In this document: piece after piece, positions 1-12,210 of the stretch
How positions within the stretch are numbered: position 1 is the stretch's first letter
How the letters are laid out: the number at the start of each line of letters is the position of its first letter
Source: Nemertoderma westbladi
Lineage: Eukaryota; Animalia; Xenacoelomorpha
Reading direction: 5' to 3'
Assembly (NCBI GenBank): GCA_032718475.1
Contig: JAUCBJ010004192.1
Coordinates: forward strand, 1 to 63,172
DNA length: 63,172 bases
Notes under the pieces: model-generated
The model's input: only the letters and a program-made list of their open reading frames with translations
Databases searched by the model: none
What the model was told of the DNA's origin: nothing
Program-made: the position numbers and the translations under genes

Positions 1-105
1 AGGGGGGGGGGGGGGGGGGGGGGGGGTTCCTGTAGGTAGTAATGTCATTGCAGGGACACTAATAGGTGTGGTTTGTACAGTAGGTGTCTCACCAGTAGTT
101 GTTTG

Positions 106-1381
106 TCCACGAAGCTAAGGAAAATCAACTACTTTCGCTAAGAAAGATTTTCCTTAGCTGAGATGGTCTATTCATAGTGGGCTATTTTACTTGTGTGAGG
201 CAGATTTGGGGTTTTTTGATAGGCGAAAAAACTAGCCTTTAAAAGTACCCTGAAATTTTGCATGTATATACTACTCGGCGAGGCGCATCTTTTGGGCCGG
301 GTCTCATATCCAGGAAAAATCTGGTTTCCATGGCAACGGACTTCAAAAAAAGTCTATGTATTTCAAGTCAATATTTATAACTCTATTTGTAGGAAAACTA
401 TAATAGATTTAAACTTGGGGTTTTGCAACACAACTATAAGGTCCATAGCAGATCCGATTGAGGCTAAATAGAAAATCCAGTTACGTTGGCAACCGGGATA
501 AACAGATGTTAAAATTTATAAAATGATAATTTGAGGCCTAAGGGCAAGGTGTTATGACTTGAGACCAACCCCTACCCCCACTATATAACTTATTCTGCAT
601 CCGAATTACATTGTTCTATTTTTCAGTTACCATGACAACAGCCGAAAACAGATGTTTTTATACAAAAATTATTCATTTGGACATAGACTTCGCGATAAAA
701 TTTTACAAAACTGGGTATGTGTTATCTGCACCACTAGTTGGAACTTTTAGTGAAACTTAAATCATTCCAGAAATTTAGTTACCATGGTAACTGTAGTTTA
801 TTAAACTCTATATCATTCAAGTCTATATTGATAACTCTATTTCTAGCAAAACTGTAATATATATAAACTTGGGGTTTTGTAACTCATCTATAATTTCCAT
901 ATCCATCCAAGCCGTTTGAGGTTAATTAGAAAGTACAGTTACCATAGCAACAAGACTAAACAGATGTTACTATTTATAAAATGATAATTTGAAGCACAAG
1001 TTAATAGTATTATGACTTGGGACCAAGACCTACCCCCACTATATGACTTATTCTGCATCCGAATTACATTATTATATTTTTCAGTTTCCATGACAACCAC
1101 TGCAAACAGATGCATTTTGATAGAAAATCGGTAATTTGGACATAAACTACAATATTTTCTGAAACTCGGTATATGTGTTATAATCTGAACCACAATCTGG
1201 ACTGAATCTTTTTTCAAAGGTAAAACCCACAGTTCCAGAGAACTCTAGTTTCCATGGGAATAGACGTAAATTATTGGCAATTGCTACTAAACTAGGCTAT
1301 AAGCAACGAACCAAAGTGTGGCCGTTTGTTTAATTTTCCTTAGCTTCGTGGTTGCATTTCCTTTAGGAAATGCCTTTCTCG
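106..1381 (+). mobile_element. Non-autonomous Helitron/Helentron-like element, copy 1
   Basis: Starts TC (tccacgaagctaaggaaaat) and ends with the hairpin gcatttcc-ttta-ggaaatgc then CTCG|T. Subterminal inverted repeat attttccttagcttcgtgg. Recurs at 1661 and 3577. Confidence 0.8.
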
Positions 1382-1660
1382 TACATACTGTCATTATTTA
1401 GGTGCCATATCGTATCCGTATGCATTTGCCGCATCCGTATGCACTGCACATACGCGTAGATAGATAGATAGATTTATTTATACATTATGTAATTGTATGT
1501 AATGCAATGCAAACTGCAATGATAAGAATTAGTATCTAGGGATTTTATAAGATTTCAATACCGGGTATTACTGGTATACTGGTATAGCTAAATACTGACT
1601 GGCTGAATTGCTACTGCTGTACTGGCTGACTGGTCAAACACTGAATTTATATATCCTATA

Positions 1661-2923
1661 TCCACGAAGCTAAGGAAAATCAACTACTTTCGCTAAGAAA
1701 GATTTTCCTTAGCTGAGATGGTCTATTCATAGTGGGCTATTTTACTTGTGTGAGGCAGATTTGGGGTTTTTTGATAGGCGAAAAAACTAGCCTTTAAAAG
1801 TACCCTGAAATTTTGCATGTATATACTACTCGGCGAGGCGCATCTTTTGGGCCGGGTCTCATATCCAGGAAAAATCTGGTTTCCATGGCAACGGACTTCA
1901 AAAAAAGTCTATGTATTTCAAGTCAATATTTATAACTCTATTTGTAGGAAAACTATAATAGATTTAAACTTGGGGTTTTGCAACACAACTATAAGGTCCA
2001 TAGCAGATCCGATTGAGGCTAAATAGAAAATCCAGTTACGTTGGCAACCGGGATAAACAGATGTTAAAATTTATAAAATGATAATTTGAGGCCTAAGGGC
2101 AAGGTGTTATGACTTGAGACCAACCCCTACCCCCACTATATAACTTATTCTGCATCCGAATTACATTGTTCTATTTTTCAGTTACCATGACAACAGCCGA
2201 AAACAGATGTTTTTATACAAAAATTATTCATTTGGACATAGACTTCGCGATAAAATTTTACAAAACTGGGTATGTGTTATCTGCACCACTAGTTGGAACT
2301 TTTAGTGAAACTTAAATCATTCCAGAAATTTAGTTACCATGGTAACTGTAGTTTATTAAACTCTATATCATTCAAGTCTATATTGATAACTCTATTTCTA
2401 GCAAAACTGTAATATATATAAACTTGGGGTTTTGTAACTCATCTATAAGGTCCATATACAAGCCGTTCGAAGTTAATTAGAAAATCCATTTACCATAGCA
2501 ACAAGAGTAAACAGATGTTAAAATTAATAAAATGATAATTTGAAGCACAATTTAATAGTATTATGACTTGGGACCAACACCTACCCCCACTATATGACTT
2601 ATTCTGCATCCGAATTACATTGTTCTATTTTTCAGTTTCCATGACAACCACTGCAAACAGATGCATTTTGATAGAAAATCTGTAATTTGGACATAAACTA
2701 CAATATTTTCTGAAACTCGATGTGTTATCTGAAAAACAATCTGGACTGAATCTTTTTTCAAAGGTAAAACCAACAGTTCCAGAGAACTCTAGTTTCCATG
2801 GGAATAGAAGTTATTTATTGGCAAATGCTACTAAACTAGGCTAAGCAACGAACCAAATTGTGGCCGTTTGTTTAATTTTCCTTAGCTTCGTGGTTGCATT
2901 TCCTTTAGGAAATGCCTTTCTAG
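1661..2923 (+). mobile_element. Non-autonomous Helitron/Helentron-like element, copy 2
   Basis: A|TC...hairpin...CTAG|T termini with no TSD, the canonical Helitron insertion signature. Identical to copy 1 over about the first 780 bp. Confidence 0.85.
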
Positions 2924-3576
2924 TACTTTATGATAATATACACCACACAACTAATTATTTACATGTTTGTTTGATTTAAACAAGAATGCAAATTAAAAAT
3001 ATTCAATTGGAGCATTCACATATTTTTTGTTAATTTTTTTCCGTAATGAAATACTTAGTTACGTCTGAATTTATTATTAATTCATAGTACAATCCATTCT
3101 CGGCGTCCAATTTCAATTACAAACAGCTTATGAATTCTAAATTAGCCAATCACAGGCCTCTGTTAGTAAGTTGGATTTAAGATGGAATTCCCTAGCTAGC
3201 TAAGTGGAACAACCAATCAAACGTGTCTCTGCCTGGGACGTACCTTAGCCTTCTGCCTAGGACGGACCTCAGCTTAGCCTAGGACGCACCTAGGACGCAC
3301 TTCAGGGCCAACTGTTTTTGGGCTGAGCTACGTCAACCAGTGGGAGTAATAAGAGTAATAATGTACACTAGAAGATTATAAAATCTGGTTTGTCTATGAA
3401 GGTAATATCTTTAAGTTTCCTAATATATCAAGAACCCGAGAAGCTATTGCAAAACGGTTTTCATTATCAAAATCAGCGAAGAATTTTGATTTAGAATCAA
3501 TTAAAAAAAAATTGTCAATTTTTTAAACCTGGAACGATACATTCCCCTTAAAGGTGAGGGAAGGGGAAGGGAATAA

Positions 3577-4834
3577 TCCACGAAGCTAAGGAAAATCAAC
3601 TACTTTCGCTAAGAAAGATTTTCCTTAGCTGAGATGGTCTATTCATAGTGGGCTATTTTACTTGTGTGGGGCAGATTAGTTTTTTTTTAAGTCCAGCAAA
3701 AACTAGCCTTTAAAAGTACCCTGAAATTTTGCATGTATATACTACTCGTCGAGGCGCATCTTTTGGACTGGGTCTCATATCCAGGAAAAATCTGGTTTCC
3801 ATGGCAACGGACTTAGAAAAATGTCTATGTATTTCAAGTCAATATTTATAACTCTATTTGTAGGAAAACTATAATAGATATAAACTTGGGGTTTCTCAAC
3901 TCAACTATAAGGTCCATAGCAGAGCCGATTGAGTTTAAATAGAAAATCCAGTTACCTTGGCAACCGGGCTAAACAGATGTTAAAATTTATAAAATGTTAA
4001 TTTGAAGCCTAAGGTTAAGGTGTTATGACTTGGGACCAACCCCTACCCCCACTATATAACTTATTCTGCGTCCGAATTTGATTGTTCTATTTTGCAGTTA
4101 CCATGACAACCGCTGTAAACAGATGTTTTTATACAAAAATTACTCATTTGGACATAGACTTCGCTATAAAATTTTACGAAACTGGTTATGTGTTAACTAG
4201 ACCACTAGTTGGAACTTTTAGTGAAACTAAAAAACATTCCAGAAATATCTAGTTACCGTGGTAACTGGAGTTTATTACAGATTATATCATTCAAGTCTAT
4301 ATTCATAACTCTATTTATAGAATAACCGCAATAGATATAAACTTGGGGTTTCTCAACTCAATGATAAGGACAATAGTCGAGCTGATTGAGGTTAATTAGA
4401 AAATCCAGTTACCAGGGCAACCATGCTAAACAGATGTTCAAATTTATAAAATGGTTATTTGAAGCATAACATTAAGGTATTACGACTTGGGACCAATCTC
4501 TACCCCCACTATATCACTAATTACGCATCCAATTTAAATTGTCGCATTTTTCAGTTTCCATGACAACCACTACAAACAGACGTTTTAACAATTAAATCTT
4601 TTGTTTTACACATTAACTACTCAATGAAACTGAATTGAAGTATGTGTCACCTGGAACCACAAACCGGATCTTAATGTAATCCTCAGCAGTTCTAGAAAAT
4701 TCCGGTTGCCATTGTAATATGAGTTTTTAAGGCATATGCCTCTTAACTCTGTAAAGCAATGAAATGATGAGTCAAAGAGTGTTTAATTTTCCTTAGCTTC
4801 GTGGTTGCATTTCCTTTAGGAAATGCCTTTCTAG
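3577..4834 (+). mobile_element. Non-autonomous Helitron/Helentron-like element, copy 3
   Basis: A|TC...gcatttcctttaggaaatgc...CTAG|T. More diverged internally than copies 1 and 2. Confidence 0.85.
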
Positions 4835-5014
4835 TTATGTTGATAATTATTGCATTCTAAATCAGAATCACGAGGGAGCGTATTTTTGTTGTTTTGCCTA
4901 GGAAGGCTCGAAAAATCGATTACATTATTATTCCTTTTCTGAATTTAAAAACCGTAATATTTCCATATTATAATTCGATTCAATTCAATTGACACAATTC
5001 AATTCAATACCGTG

Positions 5015-5110
5015 AGATTTTTTGTTTGTACGTAGGTATCACTAGTCTGGATCCGACCGAAAAAAAAATTTTCGAAAAAATGTACTGGGGTTACAAATTA
5101 GATTTTTTGG
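5015..5110 (-). mobile_element. Fragment of the TTAA/TIR element family seen at 47524-49084
   Basis: tttgtacgtaggtatcactagtctggatccgaccgaaaaa is the near reverse complement of about 48925-48978. Confidence 0.6.
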
Positions 5111-5146
5111 ATTGCAAATTAAATATTTATTTTATTACTTTTATAG

Positions 5147-5350
5147 GACAGTGTAACACATGGGGGATCAACTAGTCGTGCAGTAGACGGAAACAGCGAT
5201 GGTAACTGGAGAAGGAAATCTTGCACCCACACAGACAATAAGAGCCCTAACTGGTGGTGGGTAGACCTCGGACCGAATAGACCTGAGGTGAATGAGGTCA
5301 CCGTGTATAATCGTCTAGACTGCTGCTCGGATAGAATCCTTGGAGCAGTG
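5147..5350 (+). CDS. Host gene exon: F-type lectin (fucolectin/FTP) domain, part 1
   Basis: ttatag|...|gtaag, 204 nt, phase 0-0. Translates DSVTHGGSTSRAVDGNSDGNWRRKSCTHTDNKSPNWWWVDLGPNRPEVNEVTVYNRLDCCSDRILGAV, with AVDG, CTHT, WWxVDLG and RxDCCxxR motifs. Missed by the ORF track. Confidence 0.93.
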
Positions 5351-5683
5351 GTAAGTTCAATGGTTCAGTTGAGGGTACCAATTATATTCATGTGTCATTC
5401 CCTATCTTAGGACATACGCCCATATATAGACTGGCTTGACTATCTTTGGGTAATTTTTTATGCTTTTATTAGAAAAATTGCACAATTCCTCCAAAATAAT
5501 GTGGTGCTACCTAATGTGGTGCTTACTAATATATTTTTTATATATATTTATATTTTTTATATATATTTTTTATTTATATGTTGATTTTTTATTTATATTT
5601 TTTATTTATATGTTGATTTTTTATATATGTAGCAATATGTTGAGTGTCGGGATATCTATCATTCTATCATTCATTACTTTCAG

Positions 5684-5860
5684 GTTTATCTCAGTAACAG
5701 TATTGCAGACAGCGACATCCGCGACATCGCCACAATTGCAGCATACAATTGCGGTACCATACATTCTTCCAAAGAAATCATTAAGCTGAACTGCGACGGA
5801 AAGCGTGGTCAATATCTCATAGTCAACCAACCCTCCAATGTTCCACTCACATTGTGTGAG
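5684..5860 (+). CDS. Host gene exon: F-type lectin domain, part 2
   Basis: tttcag|...|gtatgt, 177 nt, phase 0-0. Translates VYLSNSIADSDIRDIATIAAYNCGTIHSSKEIIKLNCDGKRGQYLIVNQPSNVPLTLCE. Confidence 0.92.
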
Positions 5861-6222
5861 GTATGTTTTATATTTTAAATTATGGTCGATATTTTTAGCT
5901 CATTACTAATGTAATCACTGACTGACGTCCTACTAATAGGTACAATAGGTACTAGTAGTTGTATGATACAATTTGGATATGGGAAAATTGCTGCCCCTTA
6001 TAATATATTATTGACCAGGCGAAAGCAGTAGAAAGAGTAAGCGTGGAAAGTAAAGTAAGTGAAAAGGAAGTAGAAAAAGGAATCGAGGATAAGTAAGCTT
6101 ACAACTCCAGTGACGGGTGCCAGTTGGTGCGTTGTTTCCAAAGCGCTAGCTTTGCAGCTTACTGAGTGGATATATTCGGCCGTAGGCCGGTAAAATGACA
6201 GTTTGTTTGGTCTAACTTGATG

Positions 6223-7110
6223 TTAACCATATCTGGTCTGGGGGGGGGGGGGGGGGGTGTCATTTTCGAAATTTTTTTGCCTATGATACATATTATGAAT
6301 ATCTTTGTGACATGTTTCTTGGGAAAACAGAGATTTCGTCACTTTCCCTAAAATTGAATGGGCTATCCCACAGAGCCACATACACCATTTACATGGCTAT
6401 GCTAGTTTTCGTGTTGTGGTCTCTTTCTGGCACCAAAATCATAAATTTTTGTGCTAAAATTTTGAAAAAAAGTGTTTATAATTCAAAAAATTAAATGGAA
6501 ATTTTGAATGTGACGTGACCTCTGGGGCACGAAAAAATAAGTAATGCCAATATGATAATGAAAAATTACCACAAAATCAAATTGATTTTATGACCAGATA
6601 GGTTTTTTTGGGATGCTGATCACGAATATGTCACTGAAATATATAGCACCTTTCTTGATTAGGTCATTTTTGTATGTGTCAATGTGCGGCACGAAAAATA
6701 CAAGTACTTGTATACTTTGTCTATAATCAAAATTCATGACCAAATCAACCTGATTTTTAAACATTAATGGTTATCTGGCTGCTCCCGAATATGATACTCA
6801 AAAATATCGTATCATCCAACCAAATTCTATTTGGCCGTTTAAAATTTTTTGCTACTTGTATTTTTCGTCCCACCAGACAAGCACCAAAAATGATAGTTGC
6901 GTTACCACCTCGAAAACCAGTATAGCTTTAGAATTACCAAACCACATGCAAAATTTAACAGTTTATAATTTTGCGCTACTTGTACTTTTCGTTCTTGGGC
7001 ACTACAATGGTATCAAAATTGGGTTTACATTACCAGAAATATTTATAACTAGTTTCATCGTGATCTACGACCTCGAAAACCCGTATACGTTCAGAATTAT
7101 CTAACCAAAA
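6223..7110. mobile_element. Degenerate TTAA/TIR-type non-autonomous element fragment
   Basis: ttaacc...poly-G start as in the TTAA elements at 45724 and 47524. Shares cgacctcgaaaaccc and cttgtatttttcg motifs with about 61000-61320 and 47800-48600. Confidence 0.45.
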
Positions 7111-7139
7111 ACAAACTTATTTAGTTTGACTTTTTTTTA

Positions 7140-7245
7140 CTAAATAGTGTACAATATGATATAATATAGTGTATAATTGCGCCCTGAACAACTTTTACTA
7201 ACTGATAGGGCGCGTTATAAATAAATATTATTATTATTATTATAA
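7140..7245 (+). mobile_element. 3' tail of an L2/CR1-group LINE or related SINE
   Basis: Stem-loop gcgccctg...tagggcgc followed by ataaataaa(tat)n, the same layout as the LINE tail at 17230-17300. Confidence 0.5.
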
Positions 7246-7399
7246 AATAAAATAGTGTATAATGTAAGATTCGCCCAAGAAGGATCGAATCTGCCCCATG
7301 TTATTGAATGGGGAATGATTTTTCTCAGTATCGTTAACACAACACAACAACGTTAACGTAATTATAATTATCGAACTCCAGCTAGCTGAGGTAGCAAGT

Positions 7400-8354
7400 A
7401 AATCCAATGGTTGGGGTGGTGTGTCTGTAGACAGAAAGGGATAATTATTGGCTTCGGCATTGGAGATAACAGAATCTCTGTTGTGGTTAAAGAAACCCGA
7501 ACGGAACTCCTCTGTGCGCACCCTTCCCGTCATCATGGCCCCATAGTTCGCCAGGTGCTCAAATAGACGAAACTTCGCGTCATCATCCGTGGTATCACAG
7601 CGATTTTCGAAGTGTCCGCGATAGTTGCACATGGTGCAAGGATGGTGCAATTCAGGACAGACGCCCATGGTGTGGCTGGTGTCTCCGCAGCAGATACATG
7701 TCATCCCCTGTATAAATTGATACAGGGAATTCTTCCTTTGGTGGGTTTGCCTCCCACAGTAATCGTATCTCAGACTCAACTACTCCGGAGGAACCACCCT
7801 CCATACTGCAAGGTTCAGTTATCGATACGTCTGATTGCGACTCTAGCTCATCAAGGTCCTGCTCGGTGAACCCATAATCTTCAGCCCATTCTACTCCCAT
7901 AGATAGCACGTCTCTCCTTCCTCTCTGCCATCTTACTTCTCCCTTTGAATCTCCACCTGCTCCTTCTCGTGCTTCATCCATCACTGACCCGGTGTATCTA
8001 CGTTGCTGTCCACAATGTGTCTGGTGTTGTAATACACCAACTTTCCCCCCCCAGGTTGTCTACTAGAACTCTGAGGGCTATAGTTAAGGCCTGAAGCGCT
8101 GATCCTCTGCGTAGAAATGCCGTTGGTTCTCTATCAATGCCCACCCTCATGAACAGGTTCAGCAACCCGATTATAATACAGACCTCTTGAAGTATGTAAC
8201 TCTTTTCGTACAGTCCCCGTCTTTTGGTTGCCCCCGTTCTGAAGTGGTACAGGTCGTCGTCACGCCTTGGTCTTGCGCTCCACTTCAAATACTCTATGAG
8301 TTCTCCCCCAAACTCCTCCCGGAACTTCTTCCACTCCACAGGCTTGTGAGCCAA
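7400..8354 (-). pseudogene. Frameshifted ORF of unknown origin with two CCHC zinc knuckles
   Basis: GC-richer coding-like island. Overlapping minus ORFs 7998-8354, 7652-7984 and 7240-7779 contain CICCGDTSHTMGVC and CTMCNYRGHFENRC (both C-x2-C-x4-H-x4-C). Confidence 0.6.
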
Positions 8355-8826
8355 TAACCCCTACAGTTGTCCCATTGCTACGGCTCCTGAATGTCCCTCC
8401 ACCAATCTGCGGTTTCCAAGAAGTTGAGAAGGTTGAAAAGTGCATTTCACAGGTAGTTGAGAAGGTTGAAAACTCCGTTTCCCAGGTAGTTTAGTCAACA
8501 TCAGAATCAGCTAGTTCCTCTGATACTGTTATTCACTTGCTGGTTATTTGTTATTAAAAATACGCGTGGTAAGTTAAAGAACCAACTACAGAGTTTTCCC
8601 CAAGATCCACAAGCTATTGCAACCTTCTTACCCCATGCTCTAAGTTCAGCTCAAAGAACTATCTTATTTGGCTCAGGTTCTAGGCCAACAAGTCGTCTCA
8701 GAGTAGATCCCCTGATATTATTGTATTTTATGGAGAATAGTAAAAAATTAGGTTTGACAATTGTTAATCCATTCATTAACAGCCATGTGATTGATTATAG
8801 ACTTATTGCATTTTTCCGACATTTAG

Positions 8827-8839
8827 GTTGAGGTTTACG
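8827..8839 (+). CDS. Host gene 13-nt microexon completing the F-type lectin domain (VEVY plus 1 nt)
   Basis: tttttccgacatttag|GTTGAGGTTTACG|gtaac. Gives LTLCE|VEVY, the canonical F-lectin C-terminus, and converts phase 0 to the phase 1 required by the next EGF exon. Confidence 0.85.
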
Positions 8840-9349
8840 GTAACACATGGGTCGATCTTTCTACTGATGGTGAACAAGGTTTGTAGATATATATTTAGGT
8901 AAACATAATTTAGTAATTATTATGTTAATAGAATATATGATTTAATGCTAACAAATAATAAAATAAATATATATTGAATATCTCTCGCGTAGACCATCTC
9001 GCCTTGCTATGGGTATCTCGGCAAGATGGTTAGTATCCTTGCTAGTATCCTTACTACATTCTACTCTATTACACTTACCCCCCCCCCCCCCCCCCCCCCC
9101 CCCAACCCCACAACCGATATTACTTCAAGCCATGTACCTTTTCTGGTGAGCAGCCGTCCACTAGCTACGCTATTTGGCTGCCCTCCAAACCCATTCGAAT
9201 TTCTCCTTAAAAAAGTGCACTTATTATCATGTAAATGCATATATACTGTATAATATTTATATATTGAAGTAACATGTGCATATATCTATAAATTATCATA
9301 TGGGTTAAAATATACATTGATTGAAAATATACATTGATTGATTGATTGA

Positions 9350-9600
9350 TTGCCTCGGCCCAACATACATCATCTGTGGTGCCGACCGCCACCAGGGGGT
9401 TAATGCCATCCTCCCTCAGGTCTTCGCAGACTGTTCGGTAGTGGAGCTTCTTGAGCCGACAGTGCTGTACATTGTCTGGGCATAGAGGTGGCATCAGTGT
9501 TTACAACCGCGAAATCGATTGACGCCTCTCTGGTTAACCCATACCCTTCATGCCTCCAAGTACGTCCACACTCCCTACTTCCCTACTTGGGTGCAATCTT
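9350..9600 (-). mobile_element. CRE-clade non-LTR retrotransposon fragment (RLE region)
   Basis: Frameshifted IDFAVVNTDATS / KKLHYRTVCED / VGTTDDVCWAEA matches FDIVVINPDATS / KKAHYQPVCED / VGTTDGVWCAEA in the element at 43054-43938. Confidence 0.7.
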
Positions 9601-10849
9601 CGCCCGCATCCAACCTTCGCCCGATTGGAGGAATGGAGCAGGTTACAGACATGATAGGATACAGAGACGAATTTTTCTAACCAAAACAATAAACGAGGTT
9701 GTTAACACTCATTTTGAGGGCGAATATTGCTTCGGGCAAAGATTGCTCGAGTGCGAAGCTTTCTCGCGGGCAAAGTTTGCTTTGTCTCCTACTTCCCGAC
9801 CAATATTACTATTACCTTGTCCCGCACACCCCTACTACCAATACCTTATATTAATATTCCTTACTATCCGTAATCTGTACAAATACTGGCTAACTGAGGG
9901 CTGACTGGAATTATGATGCAATTGTACTTTCGAAACACAAAAAAATATAGTTATATTATAGTTTGTTGTGATTCACATAATGGAGGTGACAAAGTAATAC
10001 TTTTTATACATTTATTATAGGAAGTGCTTACCGACACATTGTTACTATCATTAATAAAGTGATCTTGGAATTAACGCGCTCACATTCATATAGAATTGAA
10101 ATAAACAATGATAACTTACAAACTGTTGTTACTACTACAGCGTACGACTCACCGACATCAATACATACATTGTTGTACACGACATACATTGTTAATTGAG
10201 TAAGTCGTTAGTTTTGTGTATTGCGTCGATAACCGTAGTCCGTCAGCCAGTCAGGCGCCGTGATAATAGCATGAATTGGTTAAATTATATGCATTATTTA
10301 AACTTATTAAATATTAAATATTTTAATTACTCACTCATGTTCATTCTTAGTCTTCGAACTTTGTTGTTTTTCTTTGATCTACCGGTACAAGCTTGTATGG
10401 CCCAAAACGTATTTCATGGGGAATGATTGAACACCAGATGAAATCCACAATTATTCCGACAGCGTAATTTTATATGGAACTATAGGGCAGTGATTTTTTA
10501 TGTCCGTCTTTTGACTTTTTTTGTCCGCCTTTTTTTACAAATTGTGCATAATGACTTTTGATCCGTCTTTTGACTTTTTATATATGCATTTCTTCAAACT
10601 GACAGACAGTTGATTTCTGGACTATCAGACAGTTGATTTCACCATGCCTGTGCCAAAACATTCAAAATTTGAAGATTTCTAGACTGTCAGACAGTTTAAT
10701 TTACAATACTTGTGGCAAAACATTCAAAATTTGATGATTTATGGACTATGAGATAGAGTTCCATATGCGCCAGCGGTAAAAGACTCTAAATTTAATAGTT
10801 TCTGCATGTTGTCGATAATAGATTTCCATATTTGTAGCAAAACACTCGA

Positions 10850-11610
10850 TGGAAAGGAGCAGATTAGACAGGCCGGCTATTCTAAACTAAACAAAAAAGT
10901 TCGCTTAAAAAATTGACGGAAAGGAGCAGGTTCCAGAGGCGGGTTTTTCTAAACAAAACAATAAAAGATCACTTTTCCAATGAGGGAAAGGAATAGGTTA
11001 CAGAGACAGCCTTTTCTAACCAAATCAATAAACGGTCACATTACCAAATGAAGGAAAGGAGCAGGTTACAGAGGTGGGCTTTCTAACCATATCAATAAAC
11101 GGTCACTTTACCAAATCAGGGAAAGGAGCAGGTTACATACACGGTCTTTTCTAACCAAAACAATAAACGATAACATTGCCAATTGAGAGAAAGGTGCAGG
11201 TTACAGAGGCAGGCTTTTTTAACTAAAACAATAAGCGGTCACTTTACCAAATCAGGGAAAGTTGCAGGTTAGAGAGGCGGGATTTTCTAACCAAAACAAT
11301 AAACGATCACTTTAACAATTAAGAGAAAGGAGAAGGTTACAGAAGAGGGCTTTTTTAACCAAAACAATAAACGATAACATTAACAATTGAGGGAAAGGAG
11401 CAGGATACATAGGCTCGATTTTTTAACCAAAATAATAAACGGTCACTTTACCAAATCAGGGAAACGAGCCGGTTAAAGAGGTGGGATTTTCTAAGCAAAA
11501 AAATGAATAATCACTGTAACAATTAAGAGAAAGGAGAGGGTTACAGAGGCGGGCTTTTCTAACCAAAACAATATACAATCATTTACCAATTGAGGGAATG
11601 GAGCTCTTTA
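10850..11610 (+). repeat. Minisatellite of about 59-60 bp (about 12 diverged units)
   Basis: Recurring aaaggagcaggttacagaggc...ttttctaaccaaaacaataaacg...cacttt. Single related units at about 9630-9720, about 34400-34480 (reverse) and about 51645-51685. Confidence 0.85.
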
Positions 11611-11802
11611 GAGCGGCATCTTTATATGTATATTATTTATTTTCTATATATCCTTTATTGGGACAACCTCTTTCATCCGGTCTTTACGTCTAAAAACGGC
11701 CCGATAATATAATATAATCCGTAATATAGTAATATAATATATAGCACATTGTATGAAGACAATGCATTTTCATTGCTATTAATATGATAATTTATTTTGT
11801 AG

Positions 11803-11928
11803 ATATTGATGAATGTTCGACTTCTGAGCATAACTGCCACACTCATGCTATGTGTTCTAATACTGACAGAGGATTCACATGTACATGCATTTCGGGATAT
11901 TCAGGAGATGGTGTATCATCCTGCGCTG
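11803..11928 (+). CDS. Host gene exon: calcium-binding EGF-like domain 1
   Basis: ttgtag|...|gtaag, 126 nt, phase 1-1. (D)IDECSTSEHNCHTHAMCSNTDRGFTCTCISGYSGDGVSSCA. Confidence 0.95.
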
Positions 11929-12210
11929 GTAAGACAATCTCTTAAATAAGACAATATATTTGGTGGATTAACATGTTAAAATATTCTGGCAATGCACCTA
12001 TTCCAATCAGCATCATAGCATAAGTTCCTAAAATCAAAATGGGACCATACCAAAGATGACATATCTGTGAATGCACCCCATTATAGTGGCAGTTTGTTTT
12101 TGATGTAAGTCAATGGACCCTATTGAATTCTTCATCATTGCACTGTACACTAATTTAGAATTATTAAAAAGTTATTTTGTTTATTGTTAATATATTTATT
12201 TGTTTTGCAG

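Noticed and set aside
1-26. Poly-G/poly-C runs here and elsewhere as G-quadruplex signals
   Set aside because: Most lie in MITE subterminal regions, and homopolymer lengths are unreliable.
262-2026. Duplicated 69-aa ORF
   Set aside because: Chance ORF inside the non-coding Helitron copies, with no recognisable motif and not called in copy 3.
5460-5789. Hydrophobic 109-aa ORF
   Set aside because: An AT-rich low-complexity intron read into the wrong frame of the lectin exon.
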